The notes under the pieces were generated by a model that was not told the origin of the DNA, searched no databases, and was given only the letters and a program-made list of their open reading frames with translations. This document shows, one piece after another, positions 27,785 to 38,107 of a DNA stretch of 64,000 nucleotides. Within the stretch, counting starts at the first letter, position 1. Every line of letters starts with the position of its first letter. The stretch lies in assembly GCA_028822585.1 (NCBI GenBank), contig JAPKDL010000005.1:16528-80527 (forward strand), given 5' to 3'. The position numbers were made by a program, and so were the translations under genes. This DNA is from Alphaproteobacteria bacterium (GTDB lineage: Bacteria; Pseudomonadota; Alphaproteobacteria; UBA8366; GCA-2717185).

Positions 27785-29263
27785 ATGACCGCGTTAATCG
27801 CCTTACTCCCCTGCGCCGCCGTTCTCATCACCGTTCTAGGGTTTCGGCTTAGCGGCATTGTCGCCGCCTCTGCAGCGGCGGCGACAGCCTTCGTTATTTG
27901 GCTTGCAGGCATCTTCGTGGGGCCGTCAACACAATCACTTTGGCGCGCGTTTCAGGATACGATCCTTCTGGAGTTATTGGTCGCGGCAGTTATTCTGCCC
28001 GGCATTCTGTTTGTCGAGATCAGCAGCCGGGGCGGCGCGTTAAACACGATCAACGATATTCTGCGCATCCTGGAGCTCAGCAAACCAAAAGCAGCGATAT
28101 TCATTGCGACCGGTGTGGGCGTGATGCTGGAATCCCTCACCGGACTGGGCGTTTCGTTGCTGGTGACCGTGCCGTTATTGATGGCCCTGGTCGAACGGTA
28201 CCGCGCCATTGGACTGGCCCTTGTTAGCATGAGCTTGATGCCATGGGGCGGACTGTCAATTTCAGTGCTGGTTGGCGCCGAGCTTGGCGGCCTACAGACC
28301 AGAGATTTGAGCCTGATGGTGTGGCGGGTCAGCGGCCCGGTCGCCGCCGCTCTACCGATGTTGTGCTTGATGTTCGTTCCCAAGCCATCGATCCATGACC
28401 TGACATTCGCGATCCTTGCAGGCCTCCTCCTGTCCAGCGCCATCGGGGTGGCGACATACTGGATTGGCGTCGAGGTCGCCGGGGTTGCAGGCGGACTCGC
28501 CGTCATTGCGTTGTCGATGTTACAGGGCCTGCAGGGGTCGCACGCGGGCAAAGCAAATGGCCTCGGCGCGGCGCTCACCGCACCTGCGCTCCGACCCTAC
28601 GCAATTCTGATTATTGCGGTTGTCGCACAAAAACTACTGATCCCACTTCTAAACGACGCCGGGATCGCCCCGGCACTGTCAACTGGGCGCATCACCTTCA
28701 CGTTGTTGAGCTCACCCGGCGTTGCGTTACTGGCCGCATCAATCGCGTCTCTCGCCCTACAGCGCCAGCAGGATCATGGCAGCGCCACAAAACTTCCACC
28801 GTCAGTCTTGCGGCGGGCCTGGCGTCCGTTGACGAGCATCGCACTCTTTTTAGCGTCGGCCCGCTTGTTGGTGGAAAGCGGAGCCATCACCGCCCTCGCC
28901 AATCTTCTGGCTGGTCTTGGGGCCTATCCCGCCGTGGCCGCCGTAACCTCCCTGGGCGCGTTGAGCGGCTACGTCACCGGCAGCGGCGTCGCAGCGAACG
29001 CTCTCTTCCTGTCGGGTGCCACCTCCGCCGGGCGGATTTTCGGCGCCGAGGCGTTGTTTGCAGCCTTGCAAAATAGTGCTGCAAGCCACGCCGCGATGGC
29101 GGCGCTTCCGGTTGCAGCAATTCTCCTATCCGCATTGCCCCATCGCACATCGGCGGACGACCACACGGCCATGTCCCTAGGGCTACGCCTTTCCGCCTTA
29201 TTGGTCATGATCATATTTATGACAGGCGCGTTGCTCTTGGCGACGGGATTGCATCAACCGTAA
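27785..29263 (+). CDS. L-lactate permease (LctP) family transporter
   Basis: It is polytopic and hydrophobic. 'GYVTGSGVAANALFLSG' and 'GVGVMLESLTGLGVS' resemble E. coli LldP segments from memory. I took the start at ATG 27785; the track start 27749 overlaps the upstream gene. Confidence 0.55.
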   Translation: MTALIALLPCAAVLITVLGFRLSGIVAASAAAATAFVIWLAGIFVGPSTQSLWRAFQDTILLELLVAAVILPGILFVEISSRGGALNTINDILRILELSKPKAAIFIATGVGVMLESLTGLGVSLLVTVPLLMALVERYRAIGLALVSMSLMPWGGLSISVLVGAELGGLQTRDLSLMVWRVSGPVAAALPMLCLMFVPKPSIHDLTFAILAGLLLSSAIGVATYWIGVEVAGVAGGLAVIALSMLQGLQGSHAGKANGLGAALTAPALRPYAILIIAVVAQKLLIPLLNDAGIAPALSTGRITFTLLSSPGVALLAASIASLALQRQQDHGSATKLPPSVLRRAWRPLTSIALFLASARLLVESGAITALANLLAGLGAYPAVAAVTSLGALSGYVTGSGVAANALFLSGATSAGRIFGAEALFAALQNSAASHAAMAALPVAAILLSALPHRTSADDHTAMSLGLRLSALLVMIIFMTGALLLATGLHQP

Positions 29264-29343
29264 GCCTCTAGCCTTCCCAACATGAACGTGCGTCTTCCAC
29301 AAATTACGCTTAGGCTCTCCACCTTGAATCAAGGAGCAAATGT

Positions 29344-30594
29344 TTGCGTAAAATTGGGGTTGGCAGTTTCGGGAAGACGCTCGCGCCATTTGAGGTGCGT
29401 AGCTACCGGTTTCAATGGCCCGCCGATCTTCTGACCTCCTGGGCGTTCGAAATGGAGACGATCATTCTCGGCTGGTTCGTGCTAGTCAAGACTGACTCAG
29501 TATTCATGCTGACCGCGTTCGCCTCCCTGCAATATATCGGCGCGTTGATAGCCCCCATGTTCGGCGTCGCCGCGGACCGAGTGGGCCGCCGGGCGATGCT
29601 ATGCTGGATGCGCGCATCCTACACCATTCTCGCGAGCGTGTTAATGACACTGGGTCTGCTGGACATATTGACCGCGTATCATGTGTTCGCTATCGCCGCC
29701 TTGATGGGGGTAATCCGTCCGTCCGACCTGGTCATGCGGAATTCTCTGATCGGCGACACCATGCCGCGCAGCCATTTGATGCCCGCCATCGGCGTGGGCC
29801 GCACGACGCAGGATTCAGCGCGGGTCGCCGGCGCCTTGGCGGGGGCCGGCCTGTTTTCCGCCTTTGGCATCGGGACCGCGTATATTTTCGTGGTAATCTT
29901 TTACGCCGCCAGCCTGTGCTTCACCTTTGGCGTTTCCCGCATTCGCCCTGCGGATATTATCCGCGATGGCAAGTCGGCACCGCCGCCAAAAGTTTCGCCG
30001 TGGCGGGATTTGAAGGACGGCCTTCTGTTCGTCTGGCGGACGCCGCCGGTGCGCGCGGCGATGTGGCTGGCGTTCCAGGTCAATTTGACCGCCTACCCGG
30101 TGTTCCTCGGACTGATGCCCTATGTCGCAAAGAAAATCTATCATGTCGATGAAAACGGATTGGGACTGCTGGTCGCGTGCTACGCCAGCGGCGCATTCGT
30201 TGGATCCCTGATCATGGCGTGGACCGGCGGATCACGTCGACCCGCCGTGTTCATGGTGACGTTCATTTTTTGCTGGTACGCGTTGCTGATGGTGTTTTCA
30301 CAAATGACCACTATGGCGACGGGCGCACCCATTTTGGTGCTGGTGGGTATGGTGCAGACCACGGCGATGATATCCATGGCGGTAACATTGCTACAATCCG
30401 TGGACGATCAATACCGGGGCCGGGTAATGGGCGTCCGGTCGTTGGCAATATACAGCCTGCCCTGGGGATTGTTGTTGTCCGGCGTTTTGGTCGAACGCGT
30501 AGGATACGCCCCTACTGTCGTATTTTATTGCGTTGTCGGCATTTTCTTCACCGCTATAATCGCCGTAAAATATCGCGATGTTTTGCGACGATGA
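29344..30594 (+). CDS. MFS transporter
   Basis: 416 aa with about 12 hydrophobic segments and 'GVAADRVGRR' (MFS loop 2-3 motif). The TTG start lies 7 nt after AAGGAG. Confidence 0.7.
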   Translation: MRKIGVGSFGKTLAPFEVRSYRFQWPADLLTSWAFEMETIILGWFVLVKTDSVFMLTAFASLQYIGALIAPMFGVAADRVGRRAMLCWMRASYTILASVLMTLGLLDILTAYHVFAIAALMGVIRPSDLVMRNSLIGDTMPRSHLMPAIGVGRTTQDSARVAGALAGAGLFSAFGIGTAYIFVVIFYAASLCFTFGVSRIRPADIIRDGKSAPPPKVSPWRDLKDGLLFVWRTPPVRAAMWLAFQVNLTAYPVFLGLMPYVAKKIYHVDENGLGLLVACYASGAFVGSLIMAWTGGSRRPAVFMVTFIFCWYALLMVFSQMTTMATGAPILVLVGMVQTTAMISMAVTLLQSVDDQYRGRVMGVRSLAIYSLPWGLLLSGVLVERVGYAPTVVFYCVVGIFFTAIIAVKYRDVLRR

Positions 30595-30625
30595 TAATTT
30601 CTGCGTGACCGTGTAAGGTGACCCT

Positions 30626-31927
30626 ATGCTGACACAAAATGAAAACGACCTTCTAACCCTGACCAGTGCTAATGCGCCCATGGGTCAGTATTTCCGCCGC
30701 TTCTGGCAACCCGTCGCGCTGTCCAGTGAACTGCCCGATCGCGATGGCGAACCGTTGCGCGTTAATGTCATGGGCGAACAATTGGTCGCCTTCCGGGATA
30801 CCGAAGGGCAGATCGGATTGTTCGACCGACGCTGCCCCCATCGCGGAGCTGATTTGTTTTTCGGACGCAACGAAGAATGTGGCCTGCGCTGCGTCTATCA
30901 CGGGTGGAAGTTTGACGTGACCGGCAAGGCGGTTGATCTGCCCAACGTACCACCCGGCGTCCGACATCACGACACCGTTCACATTAAATCCTACCCGGTG
31001 CGCGAATTTGGTGAAATCGTTTGGGCTTATATGGGACCACCCGCGGATAAACTGCCCGAAATTCCACAGTTGGAGTTTGGGCTGGTCCCAGAATCGCATC
31101 GCTATGTCAGCAAGAAGCTACAGGAATGCAACTGGGCGCAGACCATGGAAGGCGATCTGGACACCTCGCATTTTTCCTTCCTGCACATGCCCGCCCCTGG
31201 CGTCGCATCCAACGCCAATCCGGACGCGCCTGCGGATGAACGGCGCTTGCGCTGGATTCGCAACGACCCGATGCCGCAATTTTCCCTCAAGGCGCATGAG
31301 TGCGGGTTTGTAGTCGGCGGCGCCCGCGACGCGGATGACGGCGATACCTACTGGCGCATGACGCAATTCCTGTTACCCGCGCACGGCACCGGGCCATCTA
31401 CTTTTCCCGGTGAAACCTATTTCGGCTTCACGATCGTGCCCATCGATGACCACTCTCATTGGCTATATGGCTACGCCTGGAATCCAGACCGCCCCATCGG
31501 AAATGCGGAACGAGCGAAGATGGATGAAGGCCACGGTGTTCTGGCAAAGGTCGATCCCAACTTCACCGCCTATCGTAACAAGGGCAACGACTATTTGATC
31601 GACCGCGAAGACCAGAAGCATAACACCTTCACTGGTGTCAAAGGGTTAGCGGAACAGGACGCGATGATCCAAGAATCCCAGGGGTTGATCTTCGACCGCA
31701 CCAGAGAAACCCTGACCGCCACCGACGCCGCTATCGTTCGCTTCCGCCGAATGGTAATGGAAGGCGCTCAGGCGCTGGCCAACAACGGCGAAGAACCGCA
31801 AGCGCCATGGCTGCACGACAGCTACCACACAAGACCGGGAAGCTGGATCGCTGCGGAAGGCATGCCGTTCGAAGACGTTCTGGTGGAACGATTCGGCGAC
31901 CCACTGGGCCGGGTGAACAGCAATTAA
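30626..31927 (+). CDS. Rieske [2Fe-2S] oxygenase alpha subunit, phthalate-dioxygenase-like (class IA)
   Basis: The Rieske motif is 'CPHRGADLFFGRNEECGLRCVYHGWKF' (CxH...CxxH). The N-terminus 'ENDLLTLTSANAPMGQYFRRFWQP' is typical of the phthalate family. No reductase gene is adjacent. Confidence 0.8.
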   Translation: MLTQNENDLLTLTSANAPMGQYFRRFWQPVALSSELPDRDGEPLRVNVMGEQLVAFRDTEGQIGLFDRRCPHRGADLFFGRNEECGLRCVYHGWKFDVTGKAVDLPNVPPGVRHHDTVHIKSYPVREFGEIVWAYMGPPADKLPEIPQLEFGLVPESHRYVSKKLQECNWAQTMEGDLDTSHFSFLHMPAPGVASNANPDAPADERRLRWIRNDPMPQFSLKAHECGFVVGGARDADDGDTYWRMTQFLLPAHGTGPSTFPGETYFGFTIVPIDDHSHWLYGYAWNPDRPIGNAERAKMDEGHGVLAKVDPNFTAYRNKGNDYLIDREDQKHNTFTGVKGLAEQDAMIQESQGLIFDRTRETLTATDAAIVRFRRMVMEGAQALANNGEEPQAPWLHDSYHTRPGSWIAAEGMPFEDVLVERFGDPLGRVNSN

Positions 31928-31939
31928 GGCGGCGTAGCG

Positions 31940-32791
31940 CTACCCGTTGGCCTTGCCGATCTTCTCCAACTCCGCCGTCATGCCAGTACCGGGATGGTCA
32001 ACCGCCCATTCCAGGAGTTCAGCGTTCAACCAGTAGAACGCTTCATCAACGGAATCGGTGATGTGGAACAAATCAGTGTCGAGCAGATCAATCGTGCCGA
32101 ATTCGACCATCGGTTCAAACTCAACGATCTTTCCCCAATAGTCGCCGCCAAACAGAACAATGGGCAGCTTGCCGCGAATTTTATCCGTCTGTACCAAGGC
32201 AAAGACTTCCATGAATTCGTCCAGTGTGCCAAATCCACCTGGCATGATAGCCACCGCCTTGGCCAAATAGACCAGCCAGAATTTGCGCATGAAGAAGTAG
32301 TGGAATTAAAACGCCAATCCATCGGAAATATACTCATTGGGATATTGTTCAAAGAGCAGTGAAATATTCATACTGATTGTCGTACCGCCAGCTTCTTCGG
32401 CTCTCCGGTTCGCCGCGTCCATAATGCCGGGACCACCGCCGGTGACAACCGAAAAGTGCTGGCTGCTGCCAAGCCCATTGTCGCCAAGTTCCTGCGCCCA
32501 AACCGTTAACCGCGCCGTCAACTCCCGCGATTCTACATAATACTTCGACATTTCGACCGCCCGATTGGCGCGCCTGAGGTCGTTTGCAGACGCATCTACC
32601 GACAACGCTTTCAGAGCGGCTTCCGAATTTTCGCGCGCCTCAATCCGGGCCGAGCCTAAAAACACCAACGTGTCTTCGATACCGGCGTCGCGCAGCCGTT
32701 TTTCCGGGTCCAGATATTCCACCATGATCCGCATAACCCACGCATCGCGGCTGTTGACGAAATCTGTATTTCAAATGGCTCTATCGGGCAT
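31940..32791 (-). pseudogene. LOG/TIGR00730-family (lysine-decarboxylase-like) gene interrupted by two in-frame nonsense codons
   Basis: The single-frame reading is 'MPDRAI*NTDFVNSRDAWVMRIMVEYLDPE...GGGPGIMDAANR...ISDGLAF*FHYFFMRKF...PGGFGTLDEF'. The TGA is at 32771..32773 and the TAA at 32306..32308. Both conserved LOG motifs are present but are separated by the TAA. Confidence 0.7.
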
Positions 32792-32904
32792 GTGACAGGG
32801 CATTGGAATTACTCCTCTTTAATTTTATTGTACGCTAAGTATACGAACGCAAAGCCTAACAAACGCCTTACACAACGATGTCGCCAGCGACAAGGACACC
32901 ACCT

Positions 32905-33525
32905 ATGAAAATGTACGTCACCCACACCTCGCCCTATGCACGGCTGTCCCGTATGGTCGCCATCGAAAAGGGCCTGGAGAATCAGGTCGAAATCATCGCC
33001 GCGCAAACCCGCACCGAAGACAGTCCGTATTACGACATCAATCCGTCCGGGCGTGTACCGTATCTGGTACTTGATGACGGCACAGGTTTGGAAGAATCAG
33101 CACTGATTTGCTACTACCTGGATCATTACGACAGCGCACCAACCTTATTTCCGCAAGACGAGAGCGCAATTTTCCAGGTAAAACGACTGGAAGCCATCGC
33201 GCGGAGCATGTTGGACGGCATGGGCGTGTGGGGCCGTGAATTCGTCTACCGCCCTCCGGAACTTCGGTCAGACTTCATCATCCGTCACGAAACCGCCCGC
33301 GCCTTTCGCATGTGCGATGTTTTTGAAGACGAAGTTGAAAACCCAGTCATGACCGGGTTGGTAAACATGGCGCAGCTCACTTTGGCCTGCGTGTTTCACG
33401 GCCGCGACAACCAGCCCGACGGATTCAACTGGCGCAACGGACGACCCAAACTCACCGCCTGGGTGGACAGGATCGGCGAGCGGGCATCGGTCGCCAACAC
33501 GCTGCCACCGCCGCCGAAACATTGA
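32905..33525 (+). CDS. Glutathione S-transferase family protein
   Basis: 'MKMYVTHTSPYARLSRM' and 'GRVPYLVLDDGTGLEESALICYYL' form a thioredoxin-like GST N-domain with the G-site 'ES'. I took the start at ATG 32905. Confidence 0.7.
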   Translation: MKMYVTHTSPYARLSRMVAIEKGLENQVEIIAAQTRTEDSPYYDINPSGRVPYLVLDDGTGLEESALICYYLDHYDSAPTLFPQDESAIFQVKRLEAIARSMLDGMGVWGREFVYRPPELRSDFIIRHETARAFRMCDVFEDEVENPVMTGLVNMAQLTLACVFHGRDNQPDGFNWRNGRPKLTAWVDRIGERASVANTLPPPPKH

Positions 33526-33563
33526 TTGGAAAATCCAAACAGCTATGAAACCGCGTGACATGA

Positions 33564-33895
33564 CCGAAGACAGACCTCATATCCGGCTCGCCAGGCTCGG
33601 GCGGCATTGACGCGACGAAAATACCCGGTGCCCTAGCGGCGGGGCATGCAGGCTCCAATATGTTGATAGCGATGTTCCCGCGCATGATCGAACCTAACTT
33701 CGAACCGGCGGGCTATGCGCGGAAAATTCTCAAAGACCTCGAAATGTTGCACAATCTGGCCAAAATTATGTCCGGATCATCTCCGGTGTGCCGCCAGACC
33801 GCCAGCCTGTTCCGCATCCTGAATTCAACGGGACATGAGGGGGACTGGACGGCATCGCCGTCTTGAAGCTCTTTGACGGCAGGGGGTCGGTTTAA
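33564..33895 (+). pseudogene. C-terminal remnant of a 6PGDH/3-hydroxyisobutyrate-dehydrogenase-family (tartronate semialdehyde reductase-like) gene
   Basis: The translation is '...AGHAGSNMLIAMFPRMIEPNFEPAGYARKILKDLEMLHNLAKI...', then 'GLDGIAVLKLFDG' after a frameshift. The Rossmann N-terminal domain is missing and the GST gene ends at 33525. Confidence 0.55.
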
Positions 33896-33908
33896 GCGCC
33901 GGTCACCC

Positions 33909-34355
33909 CTACGCAAGAAACCGCGGCGCATAAACGACCGGTCCAGAGTCACCCTTTAATGCGTTTGGCGTCATTTCCAACGCCGTAAAATACGCCCTTG
34001 GATACTCAGTCTCGAACGCCTCGCTCAAAGCGACGCTGAATCCATACCGCGTGGAATACATAGGGCCACCAAGTACAAAGGCCGCCTTCCAATGCTCACG
34101 TGCCGCCTGCGTTAGACCGTCACGCATGAACACCCCGCCAACCCCTAGGTTCTGATACTTTGGCGATATAACCACAGGCACCATTTTCAAAAATTGCCTG
34201 AGCGCCTAAAGTCACGAAATAACCCATGGTAAATGTTACCGTCACACCTTTACACAACCGTAGAAAAATAGCTGTTCCGCCCTTTTTCAAAGAACCGACC
34301 AAATCAACTTCACCGAGCAGGCCAAAAGCTTCCCGAATACATTACGTATGACGAC
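33909..34355 (-). pseudogene. GNAT N-acetyltransferase (YhbS-like) disrupted by frameshift(s)
   Basis: The C-part ORF 33909..34190 reads 'VVISPKYQNLGVGGVFM...STRYGF' (motif A). The N-part 'IREAFGLLGEVDLVGSLKKGG...' is in another frame (ORF 34120..34302) and is preceded by a stop. Confidence 0.55.
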
Positions 34356-34407
34356 TTAGCCTTCCTATGTTTCGGAAATTATAATAACATTCGTGGTAAA
34401 GTTGGTC

Positions 34408-35310
34408 TCACATAGGCCGATATATTCGTTCGGCATTATCATGGAACAACGCGGCCTGATCGAGCGGTTTAAACCCGGTGACTATTGTCTTGAAGCCGTT
34501 AAAAATACTGGCAAACCCACCACAAATTCTATCAACCGGAAAATTGGAGGCAAACATGCAGCGCTCGACGCCGAACAGCGCGATGGTCTCTCTCACCACG
34601 CCACCATTTCGGTCCACCGTCCAATCTTGTCCTGGCACGCCCAGTCCGGATATTTTAACCGCCGTGTTGGGCTGTTCGGCGAAGACAGACATCGCGGCGC
34701 GCCACGCGATCACTCCGGCGTCGCTGCGGTCAGATGGCAAACCTGTGTGGTTCAGAATAATCAACGTGTCAGGAAAGTCCTGAGCCAACCGCGCGGCCTC
34801 AGCCAAATGCCACCACGGCGTTTGCAAATCGTAATGGAGCCCATGGCTCTTTAATAAACTATAGCCTTCGCGAAAATTGGGATCGTCCATCGACCCCGGT
34901 GCGCCCACAACAACTTTCTCCGGTGACAACGCGGCCTTAGGTTTCTGCCGAACGCTCCGCACTAAAGGAAAGGCCGCGTGGCCGTCAAGAACCACCGCGA
35001 TGTCGTCCCGGTCAAACCAAGCCTGACCGACAATTGCGTTAGGATACCCTGTCGCATCATGCAATTTGTGCAACCATCTAGTTTCGCCAACGGGGTCGCT
35101 CTCGTCCCACTCCGCTTCCATATGAACCGTCTTCACAACATTCAATCCCGCAGCGTCGCGTTGGTAATCTTTGATCAAATAATTCTGACAAATATCAGAG
35201 TAATCCCCATAGCGAAACGGAATCTGCGGCGTTCGGCACAGCCAAGAGTGTCGGCCCATCTCTAGATCCCAAAAATGATGATGGGCGTCGATTATAGGAA
35301 AGTCAGCCAT
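34408..35310 (-). CDS. Amidohydrolase-2 family metal-dependent hydrolase (third family member)
   Basis: 300 aa with 'IIDAHHHFWD', 'IILNHTGLP' and 'CMFASNFPVD'. Confidence 0.8.
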   Translation of the reverse strand: MADFPIIDAHHHFWDLEMGRHSWLCRTPQIPFRYGDYSDICQNYLIKDYQRDAAGLNVVKTVHMEAEWDESDPVGETRWLHKLHDATGYPNAIVGQAWFDRDDIAVVLDGHAAFPLVRSVRQKPKAALSPEKVVVGAPGSMDDPNFREGYSLLKSHGLHYDLQTPWWHLAEAARLAQDFPDTLIILNHTGLPSDRSDAGVIAWRAAMSVFAEQPNTAVKISGLGVPGQDWTVDRNGGVVRETIALFGVERCMFASNFPVDRICGGFASIFNGFKTIVTGFKPLDQAALFHDNAERIYRPM

Positions 35311-35402
35311 CTCGTGGATTTATCCATCATCTTGTGTGCAACCTAAAAACGCCGTTTAATCTTATGTGCATTATTCTTTCGGGCAATGAGAAAGAGGCAA
35401 AC

Positions 35403-36257
35403 ATGCCAAAAATACTTACGGAAACACAAGTCGCGGGTTACCATGAGAAAGGCTATGCCTTTCCCTTCTCTGCGATGCGTGCGGAGGACGCGCGCAAGTA
35501 CCGCGAAAAACTCGAAGCACATGAAGCGCAAATTGGCGGAAAGCTAACCGAGCTTGGCGGCTCCGCTCGATTCAAAAACCAGCTGTTGCTCACCTGGGTC
35601 AATGATCTGGTCAAACATCCCACTATACTGGATGCAGTCGAAGATATAATCGGGCCGAATATTATGTGCTATACAAGTACGTTTTTTATCAAGGAGCCAA
35701 ACAGTCCAGCGATTGCCGGATGGCATCAGGACTCAACCTATTTTGGATTGCGCCCACACGAGCATATCACCGCCTGGCTGGCGTTGTCGGCATCGACAGC
35801 AGATAGCGGGTGCCTGGAATTCTTACCAAAGAATCTGAGGCAGTTGAAACACCAGGAAAATGCCATGGAACACAGCGTTAATGGTGGCAAACAAAAAATT
35901 ATCGAAGGGTTTGACAGTAAGAACGCTATATTGGCACCCATAGAACCAGGATCATTTTCATTACACAACACATTGTGTATTCACCGCTCAGCACCGAACA
36001 ATTCATCCTACCGGCGGATCGGCATCGGGATCAGCTATATCCCAACACAGGTTCGCTGTGTTGGCTCGCAACGAATGTACGCAATGCTGGTTCGTGGCCA
36101 GGATTCATACGGACATTTCGACCTGGAACCCTCCCCCAAATCCGATTTAGACGCCGACGCCCAAGCCGCACACGACGCTGTCTATAAACGCTACCGAGAA
36201 AACTATAACGAACAGCTTGATTGGCACAAAACAGGGCGCTCGGTCCCAGATTCGTAA
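35403..36257 (+). CDS. Phytanoyl-CoA dioxygenase (PhyH) family Fe(II)/2-oxoglutarate dioxygenase
   Basis: 'GWHQDSTYF' (HxD) and the distal 'LCIHRSAPN' are present. I took the start at ATG 35403 after GAGAAAGAGG. The track start is 35334. Confidence 0.75.
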   Translation: MPKILTETQVAGYHEKGYAFPFSAMRAEDARKYREKLEAHEAQIGGKLTELGGSARFKNQLLLTWVNDLVKHPTILDAVEDIIGPNIMCYTSTFFIKEPNSPAIAGWHQDSTYFGLRPHEHITAWLALSASTADSGCLEFLPKNLRQLKHQENAMEHSVNGGKQKIIEGFDSKNAILAPIEPGSFSLHNTLCIHRSAPNNSSYRRIGIGISYIPTQVRCVGSQRMYAMLVRGQDSYGHFDLEPSPKSDLDADAQAAHDAVYKRYRENYNEQLDWHKTGRSVPDS

Positions 36258-36265
36258 TTGCGAGC

Positions 36266-37132
36266 CTACGCAACAGCCATATCTGAAACGCCCAGGGGAA
36301 CTTCCCCCACGACGGTGACGCGCTGCATGTGGCGGCGATGGCCCGAATAATCGTTCAACGCGTTATGCAGTACACAGCGATTGTCCCAAAATGCTACCGA
36401 ATCCTTTCGCCACCGCAGACGGCAAGTGAATTCCGGTTTGACCGCGTGGGCGCCAAGAAATTTTAACAGCGGGCGGCTTTCCGCCTCACTCCACCCTTTA
36501 ACGCCAATTGTGTATATGTCGTTGATAAACAGACAGCGTCGCCCGGTGTCCGCATGCACCCGGATGAACGGGTGTTCCCACGTCGATTCCGACGTCTCAT
36601 CCGCTTCAATTGTCATCGCCGCGCGGCTACGACTGGCAATGGCTTTTGCGGAATAGGACCGGCGTGGACTGTGGATCGCCGTCAACCCATCCAGCATGTC
36701 TTTCATGCCGCTGGACAAGGTTTCATAGGCCAGATGCAAGTTTGAAAACATCGTGTCGCCACCGACGGCGGGCACCTCCCGCGCGTATAGTATGGAGCCT
36801 AAGGGCGGTTCCCGCTTAAAGCTGAAATCAGAATGCCAGGCGCCACCGAAATTGACTTCGTCCCGCGCGGTTTTGACGACTTCGATAATAGCCGGGTAGT
36901 CATCCATCCCCTTCACAAAGGGCGCGATGTCCAAGTCACCGAACCGTCGGCCAAACGCCAAAAGCTGTTCCGGCGTCATGTTCTGGTCGCGGAACATGAT
37001 CACCAAGTGGTCGCGAAACGCCTGTTTGACTTCCGCAAAGGTTTCATCGTCGAGATTGGCGAGATCAACGCCGCCAATTTCGGCGCCCATGGCACCGGAT
37101 ATCGGCGATACGGCAAGTCGTTTATAGATCAT
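36266..37132 (-). CDS. TauD/TfdA family Fe(II)/2-oxoglutarate dioxygenase (tandem copy 2)
   Basis: 288 aa with 'WHSDFSFKREPPLGSILYAREVPAVGGDTMFSN' (HxD plus the TauD core). Confidence 0.85.
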   Translation of the reverse strand: MIYKRLAVSPISGAMGAEIGGVDLANLDDETFAEVKQAFRDHLVIMFRDQNMTPEQLLAFGRRFGDLDIAPFVKGMDDYPAIIEVVKTARDEVNFGGAWHSDFSFKREPPLGSILYAREVPAVGGDTMFSNLHLAYETLSSGMKDMLDGLTAIHSPRRSYSAKAIASRSRAAMTIEADETSESTWEHPFIRVHADTGRRCLFINDIYTIGVKGWSEAESRPLLKFLGAHAVKPEFTCRLRWRKDSVAFWDNRCVLHNALNDYSGHRRHMQRVTVVGEVPLGVSDMAVA

Positions 37133-37165
37133 ATTCTGCTCTCATAAATTGATACATTCTATGTG

Positions 37166-38008
37166 CTATACAGGCCGTTCCCCGGTGATAGACAAACGAT
37201 ACATTTCCCGCCGATGACCATGATAATCATTCACCGCCAGATGCTGAGCCGCGCAATTATCCCACACCGCCAGCACGTTGGGTTCCCACTGATAGCGGCA
37301 CGTAAATTCCGGGCGCTGCTGGCATTGATACAAATATTCCAGCAACGGCTGGCTTTCAGCGTCAGTCCAGCCTTCGATCCGCGCGGTGTGCAAGGCGTCC
37401 ACATATATCACCTTGCGACCATTGATCGGGTGGGTGCGCACCAAAGGATGCGCCGCTTCCAGCACCGCTTTATCATGGCCAGACAATTTAACGCTTTGAT
37501 ATGAATTTCCCACCGCGCGGCCCCCACCTCTTCGCACCGCCGTACTGTGGACCGCACGCAATCCGGCCAGGGTTTCCTTCAACCCGTCAGATAGCGCGTC
37601 ATAGGCCAGGTACATATTGGCGAACAAGGTGTCTCCGCCCGCTGGCGGCGTCTCCACCGAATACAACGCCGTCGCCTTGGGCGGGATGTCGGCGTAGGTG
37701 GTGTCGGTGTGCCAGCCTTCACCAAAATTCTTGGTTTCATGCGGTTCTTTGACCAGGGAGAACACACGGGGTTCTTCGGGCAGACCCGGTGAAAAGGGAT
37801 ATTTTCCAACCGGCCCAAAATGACTGACAACATCCGCCAACGCCGTCGGGTTGAGAGTCTGGCCAGGGAAAAACAACGCGATCCTATCCAGATAAAGCGC
37901 GTGGATTTCATCCCAAACATCGTCGCTCGCGTTCGCCAAATCAACGCCGCGCACCTCCGCGCCAATGGCACCGCTCAACGATTGGTGATCAATATATCTG
38001 TAATTCAT
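37166..38008 (-). CDS. TauD/TfdA family Fe(II)/2-oxoglutarate dioxygenase (tandem copy 1)
   Basis: 280 aa with 'WHTDTTYADIPPKATALYSVETPPAGGDTLFAN'. Confidence 0.85.
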   Translation of the reverse strand: MNYRYIDHQSLSGAIGAEVRGVDLANASDDVWDEIHALYLDRIALFFPGQTLNPTALADVVSHFGPVGKYPFSPGLPEEPRVFSLVKEPHETKNFGEGWHTDTTYADIPPKATALYSVETPPAGGDTLFANMYLAYDALSDGLKETLAGLRAVHSTAVRRGGGRAVGNSYQSVKLSGHDKAVLEAAHPLVRTHPINGRKVIYVDALHTARIEGWTDAESQPLLEYLYQCQQRPEFTCRYQWEPNVLAVWDNCAAQHLAVNDYHGHRREMYRLSITGERPV

Positions 38009-38107
38009 AACGCCAAACTATCCACCGCCAACAGCCTCTTTACAAGCGCGAAGGGATCGTTACCAATGCGGATTGCATAGGCTAATTGTCGCGGAGGCAA
38101 GAAAATA

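Noticed and set aside
32771-32773. The TGA at codon 7 of the LOG-family gene as a second selenocysteine site.
   Set aside because: It lies in a non-conserved N-terminal leader with no Cys-type redox motif. I saw no downstream hairpin. The same gene also carries an in-frame TAA, so simple inactivation is the more economical explanation.
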